A stretch of 53,926 nucleotides of DNA from assembly GCA_964413865.1 (NCBI GenBank), contig CAYPUR010000003.1, positions 1 to 53,926 on the forward strand, read 5' to 3'. A program made the translations under genes and the position numbers. Origin of the DNA: an uncultured Verrucomicrobiota bacterium. GTDB taxonomy: Bacteria; Verrucomicrobiota; Verrucomicrobiia; Limisphaerales; J093. The notes under the pieces were generated by a model. It did no database searches. It saw only the letters and a list, made by a program, of their open reading frames with translations, and was not told the origin of the DNA. Each line of letters begins with the position of its first letter. Within the stretch, counting starts at the first letter, position 1. Positions 35,843-44,625 of this stretch are shown here, one piece after another.

Positions 35843-36478
35843 ATGAAACGCTCGGCTTTCCTGAATCTGCTCCTGATCGGTCTGTTTGTTGTGGCCGGTG
35901 GCGTCGGCTGCAAGAAGACCAAGAAACCGGTGACTCCTCTGGCGTCGATGGGATCGATGGTGCCCGAGAGCAGCGCCGAGCGGCGCGGCCCGATCACGCC
36001 GCCGACCGTGACGGAGGGGGCCAATGTGGGGGGGGCGGAGCCGACGGTTGCCACGCCGCTCACCGACCCTTCGACCGGCTTCACGGCGCAGGCGGACATC
36101 AACACGATCGAAGGGATGATCCCGGACGCCGGCCACTTCGCCGGGCAGACGATCTACTTCGAGTTCGACAGCTCGGTCGTGCGAACCTCGCAGCATTCCC
36201 AATGCAATGCGGTCGGGGACGATCTCAAGACGAGGTCCGAGGCCAAGCTCATGATCGACGGCCACTGCGACGAGCGTGGCACCGAGGAGTATAACCGCGC
36301 GCTGGGTGAACGGCGCGCCCTGGCCGCACGCGAGTACCTGATCCGTTACGGGATCGCTGCCGAGCGCATCTTCACGCGCAGTTTCGGCGAAGACCGTCCG
36401 GCCGATCCGGGCCATACCGAGGCGGCCTGGACCGCAAACCGGCGGGCTGAGTTCATTCTGCTGCTTCCGCCCAAGTAA
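35843..36478 (+). CDS. pal: Peptidoglycan-associated lipoprotein (OmpA-like)
   Basis: Lipobox VAGGVGC. OmpA-like core IDGHCDERGTEEYNRALGERRALAAREYL ... NRRAEF. Confidence 0.85.
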   Translation: MKRSAFLNLLLIGLFVVAGGVGCKKTKKPVTPLASMGSMVPESSAERRGPITPPTVTEGANVGGAEPTVATPLTDPSTGFTAQADINTIEGMIPDAGHFAGQTIYFEFDSSVVRTSQHSQCNAVGDDLKTRSEAKLMIDGHCDERGTEEYNRALGERRALAAREYLIRYGIAAERIFTRSFGEDRPADPGHTEAAWTANRRAEFILLLPPK

Positions 36479-36577
36479 TCGAATCGGGCTCGGCGCTCCG
36501 CATGGCGGGGGGAAGCGGTTTTCGGCGCTTTACACGCCGGGGGGTGTGAATTAGTTTCCTCCAGCGGGTTGACGCAT

Positions 36578-36751
36578 ATGAATAGCATTCTGGCAGTGTG
36601 GGGATTGAGTGGTGGCGAGATCGTTTTGTTGCTCGTCGTCATCCTCATCCTGTTCGGAGCGAAGAAGATTCCCGAATTCGCCAAGGGCCTGGGGGAGGGT
36701 ATCAAAGAGTTCAGGAAGACTTCGAAAGACACACCCGACACGAAAGCATGA
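36578..36751 (+). CDS. tatA: Twin-arginine translocase TatA/E family protein
   Basis: Motif [36 protein letters not shown]. The track start 36569 is TTG; ATG is at 36578. Confidence 0.85.
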   Translation: MNSILAVWGLSGGEIVLLLVVILILFGAKKIPEFAKGLGEGIKEFRKTSKDTPDTKA

Positions 36752-37074
36752 TTTTTATGGTTCCTTTTCTCGCAGCATTTGGATTGGGCGGCACCGAGCT
36801 GATCCTGATTGTTCTAGCGGTGCTGATCCTGTTTGGGGCGAAGAAGATTCCCGACTTCGCGAAGGGTTTGGGCCAGGGCATCAAGGAATTCAAGAAAGCG
36901 TCGCGCGAGGTGCAGGAGGAGATCGAGCGCGCAGGCGAAGAGTTGAATCCCCCGCCCCCGCCCCGGCCTCCGCTTTCCTCCGGCTATACACCGCCTGCCG
37001 AGTCCGTTCATCCTGCCGAACCCGTAGCCTCTTCTTCCGGTTCGACGCCCTCCGCGCCTTCGTCCAATCCCTGA
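36748..37074 (+). CDS. Second TatA/TatB-family protein with a Pro/Ser-rich tail
   Basis: Motif [40 protein letters not shown] 36748 overlaps the stop of the first tatA (ATGA). Confidence 0.8.
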   Translation: MIFMVPFLAAFGLGGTELILIVLAVLILFGAKKIPDFAKGLGQGIKEFKKASREVQEEIERAGEELNPPPPPRPPLSSGYTPPAESVHPAEPVASSSGSTPSAPSSNP

Positions 37075-37099
37075 TCGAGGGCGGCATCGTTGTCTCCTT

Positions 37100-38101
37100 A
37101 TGGCCGACCCGATTGAAGAGCCGCGCCTTGAGGAAGTCGAAGAAGGCGGCGGCCCGGTCAAGTCGTTCCTCGAACATCTCGAGGATCTGCGCTGGGTCCT
37201 GATCAAGAGCGGTACCGCCGTGATGATTTGCATGGTGGTCTGCCTGCTCGCCGTCAACCAGTTGGTGACTGTTCTCAAGTTGCCGCTCGAACGCGCCCGC
37301 AAGCTCAACCGGCCAACCAAACAGCAGGTCGAACTCTATCTTGGCACCAACCGGTTGGCCACATTGCCCGCAACAGGTTCACCCTTCGATGCGTTGCCGC
37401 TGGCGTCCAACCGGGTCACCCGATTCGAAATCGGGCCGGTCATGGTGGGTGAACAGCAGGTGCTGGCGCTCCGTCCGATGACGAATTCCGCGGTGAGCGA
37501 AGCGGGCCGGGGGCCGGGGCTGATTTTCCTCGATCCGATGGCGCCTTTCTTCTCGTCGCTGTACATCGCCTTCTTTGGCGGCATGGTGATCGCCGCACCG
37601 CTTGTCGTCTATTATGTGGGGCAGTTCATCGTGCCGGCGCTCAAGCGCAAGGAGAAGAGGTACGGCTTTCGCGCTTTCGGAATCGGCGCCGGCCTTTTCG
37701 TCACCGGGGTCTGCTTCTGCTACTTCGTGCTCCTGCCGCTGGCGCTCCGGGCGGCGGAGGCCTACTCGCTCTGGATGGGGGTTCAGATGCCCGACTGGCG
37801 GGCTGAGGCCTACTTCAGCATGGCCACCAAATTCATGCTCGGCATGGGACTCGGCTTCGAGATGCCGGTGATTCTGCTCGCCCTCGTCAAGATCGGCGTT
37901 CTCGACTACGCCAAGCTGGCGGGGATGCGCCGCTACATGATCGTCATCAACCTGGTGCTCGGAGCCTTGCTGACGACTCCAGAGGTCCTCACCCAGGTGC
38001 TCATGGCGATCCCGCTCCAGTTCCTCTACGAGTGTTCGGTCTGGATTGCCTGGTACTGGGAACGGAAGGCGAAGCGCGCCCAGGCCGCCGCCGCCGGCTA
38101 G
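37100..38101 (+). CDS. tatC: Twin-arginine translocase subunit TatC
   Basis: Six-TM protein starting ...FLEHLEDLRWVLIKS. It lies after the tatA pair. Confidence 0.9.
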   Translation: MADPIEEPRLEEVEEGGGPVKSFLEHLEDLRWVLIKSGTAVMICMVVCLLAVNQLVTVLKLPLERARKLNRPTKQQVELYLGTNRLATLPATGSPFDALPLASNRVTRFEIGPVMVGEQQVLALRPMTNSAVSEAGRGPGLIFLDPMAPFFSSLYIAFFGGMVIAAPLVVYYVGQFIVPALKRKEKRYGFRAFGIGAGLFVTGVCFCYFVLLPLALRAAEAYSLWMGVQMPDWRAEAYFSMATKFMLGMGLGFEMPVILLALVKIGVLDYAKLAGMRRYMIVINLVLGALLTTPEVLTQVLMAIPLQFLYECSVWIAWYWERKAKRAQAAAAG

Positions 38102-39237
38102 GAAGCCAGCGCGTTCATGGTCTTGACCGGAATGTCCCGGGCCTGGGGATCGACCAGCGCAGGCTGGCGCGCCGCGTCGAAGCGATAGCCGTCGTCGGGC
38201 GCGAGCGGCCACACGATGGGCGCGAGGCAGAGGACGGCGGCCTGGAATCCCTGCACGGTCGCGCCCAGATTGCCGGTGTGCGCCGAGTTGTCGGCCTCGT
38301 TCTCGATCACGAACGGATTCTCAAAGCCGCGCTGCATCAACGTCTGGAGGAAGCCGCGCCAATCCATGCTGTCGTTGCCGCCGAACCCCGGCAGCATCGG
38401 CTCGTAGTGATGCCGGTCCCAGTCGTGTGCGGGGATGGGCACGCCCGCTTTCTTGGCGAGCGCCGGATCGACGGTCTGCATGGGATAGAGCGCCCCCCAA
38501 TGGACTCGCGCCGGGCTGCGCAGGGTGCGCGTGCCCTTGATGTGGACGCGGTGGATGCGGCTCATGTCGGACGCGTTGAGGACGTCGATGGGATCGATGT
38601 TCTGCCAGACGTCGTGGGACGGGTCGTAGGTCTCGCCGTGGGCGCGGCTCGGGACGAGGGCGTACATGAGCTTGCGCGCCGCGAGGGTGCCCGGGAGATT
38701 ATTGTACGTCGTGGGACTGCTGGCCGGACGCCACCCTTCCATCGGACAGTTCTCGTACAGGAGCGTGACGCCGAGGCCCTCGGCGTAACGCACGATCGGA
38801 TTGAAGACGCGGACGAACTCATCGAGGTTCTTCTCGAAGCCGCGGTCCTCCACACCCAGATCGTAGTTGTAGCCCACGAACGTGCCCACCTTCACGTTGT
38901 TGCGGTCGCCGCCGCACAGATGGGCGATGCGGATGAGTTTGAGCAGGTGGTTCTGATTCGCCAGCTTCTGGGCAGGGTCGCCGCCGATGAGGTTCTCGTA
39001 GGCGCCGACCGAGAAACGCATCCCTTCGCGCTGGCACGTCTCGATCAGGCGCTTGGCGTCGTCGGGTCCGAACGTTTCGTAGTCGAGGTGCGTCGCCACG
39101 TGATCGGTGCGCGTGCCGTCGCGCCGAAACACGCACAGTTCCATGCCCTGCGCGCCAATGCGTCTTGTGTGCGCGAGAACCTGATCAAACGTCAAGGACT
39201 TGAAGGCCGAGGTCATGACCCAGATGGGATTATTCAT
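38098..39237 (-). CDS. Sugar phosphate isomerase/epimerase (xylose-isomerase-like TIM barrel) family protein
   Basis: ATG at 39237 (MNNPIWVMTSAF...). The composition and length fit the family. The assignment is from recalled family resemblance only. Confidence 0.55.
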   Translation of the reverse strand: MNNPIWVMTSAFKSLTFDQVLAHTRRIGAQGMELCVFRRDGTRTDHVATHLDYETFGPDDAKRLIETCQREGMRFSVGAYENLIGGDPAQKLANQNHLLKLIRIAHLCGGDRNNVKVGTFVGYNYDLGVEDRGFEKNLDEFVRVFNPIVRYAEGLGVTLLYENCPMEGWRPASSPTTYNNLPGTLAARKLMYALVPSRAHGETYDPSHDVWQNIDPIDVLNASDMSRIHRVHIKGTRTLRSPARVHWGALYPMQTVDPALAKKAGVPIPAHDWDRHHYEPMLPGFGGNDSMDWRGFLQTLMQRGFENPFVIENEADNSAHTGNLGATVQGFQAAVLCLAPIVWPLAPDDGYRFDAARQPALVDPQARDIPVKTMNALAS

Positions 39238-39486
39238 GGCGATAGGAATTCCATAATCGCGCCTCGCCGGCAAGCAAAGCTTCGGCGAAGCAGAAGGATG
39301 GACGGCTCACCCGCATATTGACACTCCGTCCGTGCACGGGGCGGTCAGACCCCGCAAGAGGACTCTATGCGGGTTGGAAAGGCAAAACTGCGCCAAGTCC
39401 GAGATTCAGACAGAGAAATGCAGCGCACTGTTCCCATGGCGGAACACCTTCAGAACCGATGCAAGGCTCTTGGTTGCCCTTCCGGG

Positions 39487-39891
39487 CTAAGGCTTGCTGG
39501 TGATGCGCCCCCACTCGATGCCCTGCGCGGCGGCGTACTTGGCGAGGGCCTTCTCGTGCATGATCAGGACCGCGCGCACGATGCTCGAGTCGTCTGCGCG
39601 CCCTGCCTCGCTGAGGTAGTCGGGAATGATGTCCACCTTCTTGTGCGCGTAGGTGAGGGCGAACACCGCGGCAGCCAGAGCGCTGTACGGCAGATCCTTG
39701 TAGGCGCCCTCGGCGAAATCCTCGATCGCGTTGGCGAGAAAATCGAGTTGGTCCACCAGATGCGGATACCCGGGAGCAGCAATCTGCGCGAACTCGGCTT
39801 TCCAAAGCGGCAGCCTCCGCAGCACATTCTCGACAACCGCCGGGGTGATCAGCCGCGCACCGTGAATCACATAGTCTGCAATCTCAGGCAT
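39487..39891 (-). CDS. Hypothetical protein, DUF1232-like motif
   Basis: ATG at 39891. YAHKKVDIIPDYLSEAGRADDSSIV resembles the DUF1232 Y..P.DlIPD....G..DD core. Confidence 0.45.
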   Translation of the reverse strand: MPEIADYVIHGARLITPAVVENVLRRLPLWKAEFAQIAAPGYPHLVDQLDFLANAIEDFAEGAYKDLPYSALAAAVFALTYAHKKVDIIPDYLSEAGRADDSSIVRAVLIMHEKALAKYAAAQGIEWGRITSKP

Positions 39892-40215
39892 GCGCCCGAC
39901 CCTAGCAGGGCCCTCCGCCAAGTAAATCGCAAAGAAGGGGGGGGCGGCGCAGACCCGAAGACCTCCACGGTTGCGTGAGGCGATCTGGATGAACCCAAAG
40001 AACGCTGTCACAAGAGCGGTTCCCCGCCGCGACGAGATCAAAGAGCCGTTGGCGAAGGCTTCGGATGCATTTACGCTGTTCGCTGGCCGCTCGGGCTCCC
40101 GACAAACGCTTCCTGGCGAATGCGCCTATCGGTCTCGCGAGAGAGGCGGCTGCCATTGATCTTCGCTAACCCAAGGCTGAGGCGGGACAAGGGCGTGATT
40201 GGATTTGAGGTTATG

Positions 40216-40256
40216 TTTTGGCGCCCGGTTCGTCAGGTGGCGGACGGGCGCCAAAA
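40216..40256. other. 12-bp perfect stem hairpin (ttttggcgcccg / cgggcgccaaaa) with a 17-nt loop
   Basis: Read directly. It lies in a ~520-bp stretch with no convincing ORF. Confidence 0.6.
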
Positions 40257-40417
40257 CCACGCCGCGGGAAGTGTGGCGGACACGATGCCGAAGGAACATC
40301 AGAGAGCCGCACGCCAGATGAACATGCCGCTCTGCCGAGCTGGTGACCTGGCCGTTCGCCGATCTGTGCCCGCCGGCGCCGCTTGTGGATTCATCAACCC
40401 CGTGCGAGAATTCCGCC

Positions 40418-40645
40418 ATGACCAGAGAACAAGTCGAGTCGGCGGTGGCGAGTGGGGTCCCGTTTGCCTTGCTCATGGCCGACGGGAAGGAGTACTTGGT
40501 CCCTCATCGCGATTACATCTCATTGCCGCCTAAGGCATCTTACGTGATCGTCTACGACGATAACGGGCATTTCACGGTTTTACCGCTCCTCACCATGACG
40601 GGGCTTCAGTCCAGCATTGCCGGTGCCAGCGCCAAAGAGAAATAG
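40418..40645 (+). CDS. Small hypothetical protein (75 aa)
   Basis: ATG at 40418. The globular-looking sequence MTREQVESAVASGVPFALLMADGKEYLVPHRDYISLPPKASYVIVYDDNGHFTVLPL has no recognised family. Confidence 0.4.
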   Translation: MTREQVESAVASGVPFALLMADGKEYLVPHRDYISLPPKASYVIVYDDNGHFTVLPLLTMTGLQSSIAGASAKEK

Positions 40646-40881
40646 GTTTGCCGCGAAGCCGAAGGGCTTGGCGTGAGGTCATGGCCTGTGTCGGGCAAAC
40701 GGCCGCAACCCACTTCCGTGTTGCCCTGGATTCGCGTCATTCGTGGTTCATTTCTGGCTTGTTCGTCGACCACGGATTGCACGGATGGGCGAGGCGCCGG
40801 GGTTGTGGGCTGGAAAGGGTGCACCGGACGATGGGCGCTCCAGAGGTGTTCGCTTTGTTCTTCGGCTGGGCATTCGCCCGG

Positions 40882-42705
40882 CTACAGGTCGAGGGACTTG
40901 GCTTCCAGGCGGCGGAGTTCGTTTTCCCAGGCCCGGCGCTGCTCCTCGGTCACACCGGGATCGGGCAGAAGGCTGCGTCGAGTGCAATTGACCAGGGCCT
41001 GGAGGGTCTGGTAGCGCCGCGTCTCCTCGATGGCCGGCGGGAGGTTGTCCGCCACGCGTTCGAGCACTTCCTTGAACTTGAGCGTCCGGCCCGATTGGCG
41101 GGTCCGGGCCTTGAGTTCCGAGCGAAGCGAGGCGAACGCGGCAGCGGAGTAACTGCGCGTGACCGTCTCGAGTTCCGCCATTTGCGGCTTGGTCAGGTCG
41201 GCATTGAGCGCCGGTTTCACGGTCCAGCGGAGGAACTCCTCGCGGTCGGGGCCTTCCGGATCGAGAGTGGGGATGATGAGGTCGCCGACGCGTCCGGGCC
41301 GGCGCAGATCGGGCGAGAGGAGGTGGATGCGGGCGGTGACCAGGAGCCAGATGACGCGTCCGCGCAACTGGGGATCGGACATCATGGCCTGGATTTTGCC
41401 GGTGAGGCGCCGTTCGGTCTCGTGGGTGTGGGCGCCGACGCCGCCAAACTGGGTATCGGCCTCATCGATGAAGATGAGCACTTTCGACAGGGCGTTGAGG
41501 ACGCGGCGGAGGCGTTCGAAGATGACGTCGGTCTGGCCGAACCACTGGCTGCGGATGTTCTTGAGCACCAGGACGACGATGTCGAGCTCGGCGGCGACGG
41601 CTTCGAAGATGAAGGTCTTGCCGCCGCCAATCGGGCCGCAGACCGCGGCCCCGGCAAGGGCCTCGGGTCCGGACAGGGCCAGGCGCGGGATCAGTTCCTT
41701 GGCGAGGAACTCCTTGAGGCGGCGGAATCCGACCACATCGGTGAGCCGATGGGACGGTTTCTTGAACTCGACGATGTCCTCGCCCAACTGACTTTGAATG
41801 AAGGACTCGACCTTGGCGACGACGTCGGTCTGGGTCAGGGGGCGTTCTTCATGCGACGCCCCTTTGAGCAACTGCATGACCGCCTGCAGCGAGAGCCCGG
41901 CCGTCCACTGCGCCAGGCCGGCCGCGGAGGTCCCGAGCTTGGCGCGGGCCTGTTCGGGCAGGGCGGCTTCGAACCAGGCGATGAAATGGGCGCGCACAGA
42001 CGCGTCGGGGGCGGGGACCTCGACTTCGAGCAGTTGGGGCAGGCGCGCGATGCGGTGATGGAGCAGGCTGCGCGACTCGGCGATCAGCACCACGGAATCG
42101 CCACCCGTGAGGAAACCCGGATCGCTGAACCAGTCATGACAGATGCCGATGCGCTGGCGGTCGACGTCGGAGAGGCTGGCGATGGGCGCGTCGGGCATCA
42201 GGAGGTCGGCGCCCTCGATGAGGATGAGGAGGTTTTCGGCCAGGAGAGGTTTGCCGCCAAGGACGGTGCGCGAGCAGAGGCAGATCTGGCGCAGGAGTTC
42301 GAGGGCCAGGGTCGGGTTGTTGACGGCGCGTCGCAGCGTGTCGTCGTAGGTCTGAAGGACCAGGTCGAGGTCGGTGGCGGCCTTGCCCTTGGCCAGCATG
42401 CGCTGGACGGCCAGGGCGTTGCTGTCGTAGCCGCTGCGCCAGCGCAGCCAGGCATCGCGGACTTTCTCGGCATCGGCCTCGTGGTGGAATCGGATCGGCC
42501 CGTTCAACTCGTAGGTGATGACGACCAGGCCGGGAAGATCCCACTGGGCCGTGAGGAAGGGAATCAGCGGCACATAGGCGTCTGAACCGTCGGCGGCCGT
42601 GCAGAACAGATCGTAGATGTTGCCGGTGAGAACGACCGACCGGGCCTGCCCGGCATTGAGGATGCGCCCGGCCTGCCGCAGGAAGTCATGAGGGGGGGCG
42701 TTCAT
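40882..42705 (-). CDS. Classic-clade AAA+ ATPase with a long, apparently degenerate AAA-like N-terminal half
   Basis: Walker A is GPIGGGKT and Walker B is VLIFIDEAD. The second region of homology is LSPDLRRPGRVGDLI. The N-terminal half has SVVLTGNIYD and LLILIEGADLL at the equivalent positions. ATG 42705 overlaps the ABC ATPase stop. Confidence 0.8.
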   Translation of the reverse strand: MNAPPHDFLRQAGRILNAGQARSVVLTGNIYDLFCTAADGSDAYVPLIPFLTAQWDLPGLVVITYELNGPIRFHHEADAEKVRDAWLRWRSGYDSNALAVQRMLAKGKAATDLDLVLQTYDDTLRRAVNNPTLALELLRQICLCSRTVLGGKPLLAENLLILIEGADLLMPDAPIASLSDVDRQRIGICHDWFSDPGFLTGGDSVVLIAESRSLLHHRIARLPQLLEVEVPAPDASVRAHFIAWFEAALPEQARAKLGTSAAGLAQWTAGLSLQAVMQLLKGASHEERPLTQTDVVAKVESFIQSQLGEDIVEFKKPSHRLTDVVGFRRLKEFLAKELIPRLALSGPEALAGAAVCGPIGGGKTFIFEAVAAELDIVVLVLKNIRSQWFGQTDVIFERLRRVLNALSKVLIFIDEADTQFGGVGAHTHETERRLTGKIQAMMSDPQLRGRVIWLLVTARIHLLSPDLRRPGRVGDLIIPTLDPEGPDREEFLRWTVKPALNADLTKPQMAELETVTRSYSAAAFASLRSELKARTRQSGRTLKFKEVLERVADNLPPAIEETRRYQTLQALVNCTRRSLLPDPGVTEEQRRAWENELRRLEAKSLDL

Positions 42706-43703
42706 GCGAGCGGATGGGGATGAGGATCGGTTCGAGGCGCGTTGAGTCGGGTTTTCGATTCGCGCCAATAGGCCACATGCTGGTGGCGGTCGCATGGCGG
42801 GTCCGGTTCGAAAACCACGCGGCGGATTTCCTCGCGTTGGGCCGTGAAGCGCTCGAAGTCGCGGGAGGTCTTGCTATCGAAGACGGGGGTCGGTTTGTCA
42901 TAGACAACAGTCGCTCCCGGGGCTTCGGCGTGGCCTTCCTTGCGCCAGTCCCAGCGTTGCGAGAGGCCCACGAGGCGGTCGCCGACGTAGATGGCCTCGT
43001 TCAATTCGTGAGTGACGATGATGAGCGTGTAGGGAGGGCGGTTGCCTTGCCGCACCGCCTTTTGATTCTCCTCGTAGAGGTTCAGCAGCATGTACTGGAG
43101 TTCCTCGCGCGTGGCCTCATCGAGCGCTCCAAAGGGCTCGTCGAGAAGAATGATCTCCGGTTTCATGATCATGGCCTGGGCCAACGCGACCCGCTGGCGC
43201 ATGCCGCCGGACATCTCGTGCGGATAGAGGTCCATCGCGTCTCCGAGCTTCACCTTATCGAGCATCTCACCCGCGGCCCGCCACTGGTCGCGCCGCACGC
43301 GGCGCCAGCGCAGCCGGCGAAGGCACCGGAAGGCGAGGCTTGTCTGATCGAGCATCGGGCCGATGGCCACGTTTTGGCGGGCGGTCAGAAAGGGGAACAG
43401 CGAGTATTGCTGGTAGACAATGCCTCGATCCCGTCCGGGGGCATCGATGACCTTGCCTTCGTGCCCGCTCTCGGCCGAGAAGAGCCGCAGCTCGCCCGCG
43501 CGGGGCGGGTGGGTGCCGACGATGGCGCGCAGGAGGGTGGACTTGCCGCATCCGCTCGGTCCGACCATCGAGAGGAACTGGCCGCGCCGGAGCCGGAGGT
43601 TGACATCGAAGAGAACGGCTTTGGCGCCGAAGCCGTGGCTCACGCCGCGGCATTCGAGGGCGATGTCGCCCGCTGCGGGACTGGCATCACCTTCGGGGTT
43701 CAT
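42702..43703 (-). CDS. ABC transporter ATP-binding protein (NitT/TauT-like)
   Basis: Motifs GPSGCGKSTLL, MSGGMRQRVALAQA and ILLDEPFGALD. Confidence 0.85.
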   Translation of the reverse strand: MNPEGDASPAAGDIALECRGVSHGFGAKAVLFDVNLRLRRGQFLSMVGPSGCGKSTLLRAIVGTHPPRAGELRLFSAESGHEGKVIDAPGRDRGIVYQQYSLFPFLTARQNVAIGPMLDQTSLAFRCLRRLRWRRVRRDQWRAAGEMLDKVKLGDAMDLYPHEMSGGMRQRVALAQAMIMKPEIILLDEPFGALDEATREELQYMLLNLYEENQKAVRQGNRPPYTLIIVTHELNEAIYVGDRLVGLSQRWDWRKEGHAEAPGATVVYDKPTPVFDSKTSRDFERFTAQREEIRRVVFEPDPPCDRHQHVAYWRESKTRLNAPRTDPHPHPLA

Positions 43704-44490
43704 ACCAAGGGCACAGCTTGCGTTGGAGCAGGTGCAACAGCGAGTCCATGCCGAAGCCAAATGCGGCGAGGATGGCGAGGTACGGATAGACGACGCTCAT
43801 GTTGAGGAGCTTGGACTGGAGGCGGATGCGGTAGCCAAAGCCGACATCGCCCACGACCATTTCCGCGGCGATGAGGTAGACCATGGCCGGGCCGATCGAG
43901 AGCCGGACGGCGTCGATGAACCTGGGCAGCACCTGGCGGAAGATGATGGTCCAGACCACCTCCATGTGGGAGGCCCCCAGGGTGTAGGCTTTGTAGAGAA
44001 GTTCGTCCGGGAACTCCTTGACCGCCAGATTCACCGTGAGGGTCATGGTGGGCAGGACGCCGAATGCGATCATCGCCACGTACATGTTGTTGCCGGTCCC
44101 CACCAGGACGAAAAAAACGGCCAGCGCGGCGGTGGGAGGCACCTTCGCAAGCAGGGAGAGCGGCGGGTGCAGAAAACCCTCGATGGGAGTGAAACAGCCC
44201 ATCGCGAGGCCGAGCAGGAGCGACGCCGCCACGCCGCCGCCCAGGCCCAGGAAGAGGCGTTGTCCGCTCGCGACGGCGTCGATCACCAGCCAGCGCTCTC
44301 CGCTGCGCCGGTTGACCTCGATGGCGCTTTGCAGGCCCTTCTGCAATTGGCTCCAGCGCGGAATGGTCGTGTCGTCCGGATTCCGCTGGTACTGCCGGTG
44401 GGCCAGGAAGGTGTAGCCGCCGAGCATGAGCAGGACCGAGAGCGCGCCCAGGAAGGCTGCCGTCGAGGATTTGATGGGGCGACGGATCAT
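43687..44490 (-). CDS. ABC transporter permease (NitT/TauT-like)
   Basis: 267-aa multi-TM protein with ATG at 44490, located between the SBP and ATPase genes. Confidence 0.8.
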   Translation of the reverse strand: MIRRPIKSSTAAFLGALSVLLMLGGYTFLAHRQYQRNPDDTTIPRWSQLQKGLQSAIEVNRRSGERWLVIDAVASGQRLFLGLGGGVAASLLLGLAMGCFTPIEGFLHPPLSLLAKVPPTAALAVFFVLVGTGNNMYVAMIAFGVLPTMTLTVNLAVKEFPDELLYKAYTLGASHMEVVWTIIFRQVLPRFIDAVRLSIGPAMVYLIAAEMVVGDVGFGYRIRLQSKLLNMSVVYPYLAILAAFGFGMDSLLHLLQRKLCPWYEPRR

Positions 44491-44625
44491 GGCGCGCCGT
44501 TTCCGGATGCCGGGCGCGCGGGGCCGATGTCGCTCGCGCCGGCGCTTCTGGTGTCGGTTCGGTTGATCACGCGATTGGCCAGGACCAGATGGACCTCATT
44601 GGCCAGAGACACGGTGCGCACGGCG

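Noticed and set aside
40648-42585. A 645-aa plus-strand ORF
   Set aside because: It is antisense to the AAA+ ATPase gene (clear Walker A and B motifs). It has G/A/D/E/R-rich composition with no motifs.
44491-44625. A GC-rich hairpin (gcgcgcc - 14 nt - ggcgcgc) in the SBP-permease spacer as a terminator or attenuator
   Set aside because: The stem is short, the loop is large, and there is no U-tract. It is plausibly an mRNA-stability element, but the support is too weak to list as a feature.
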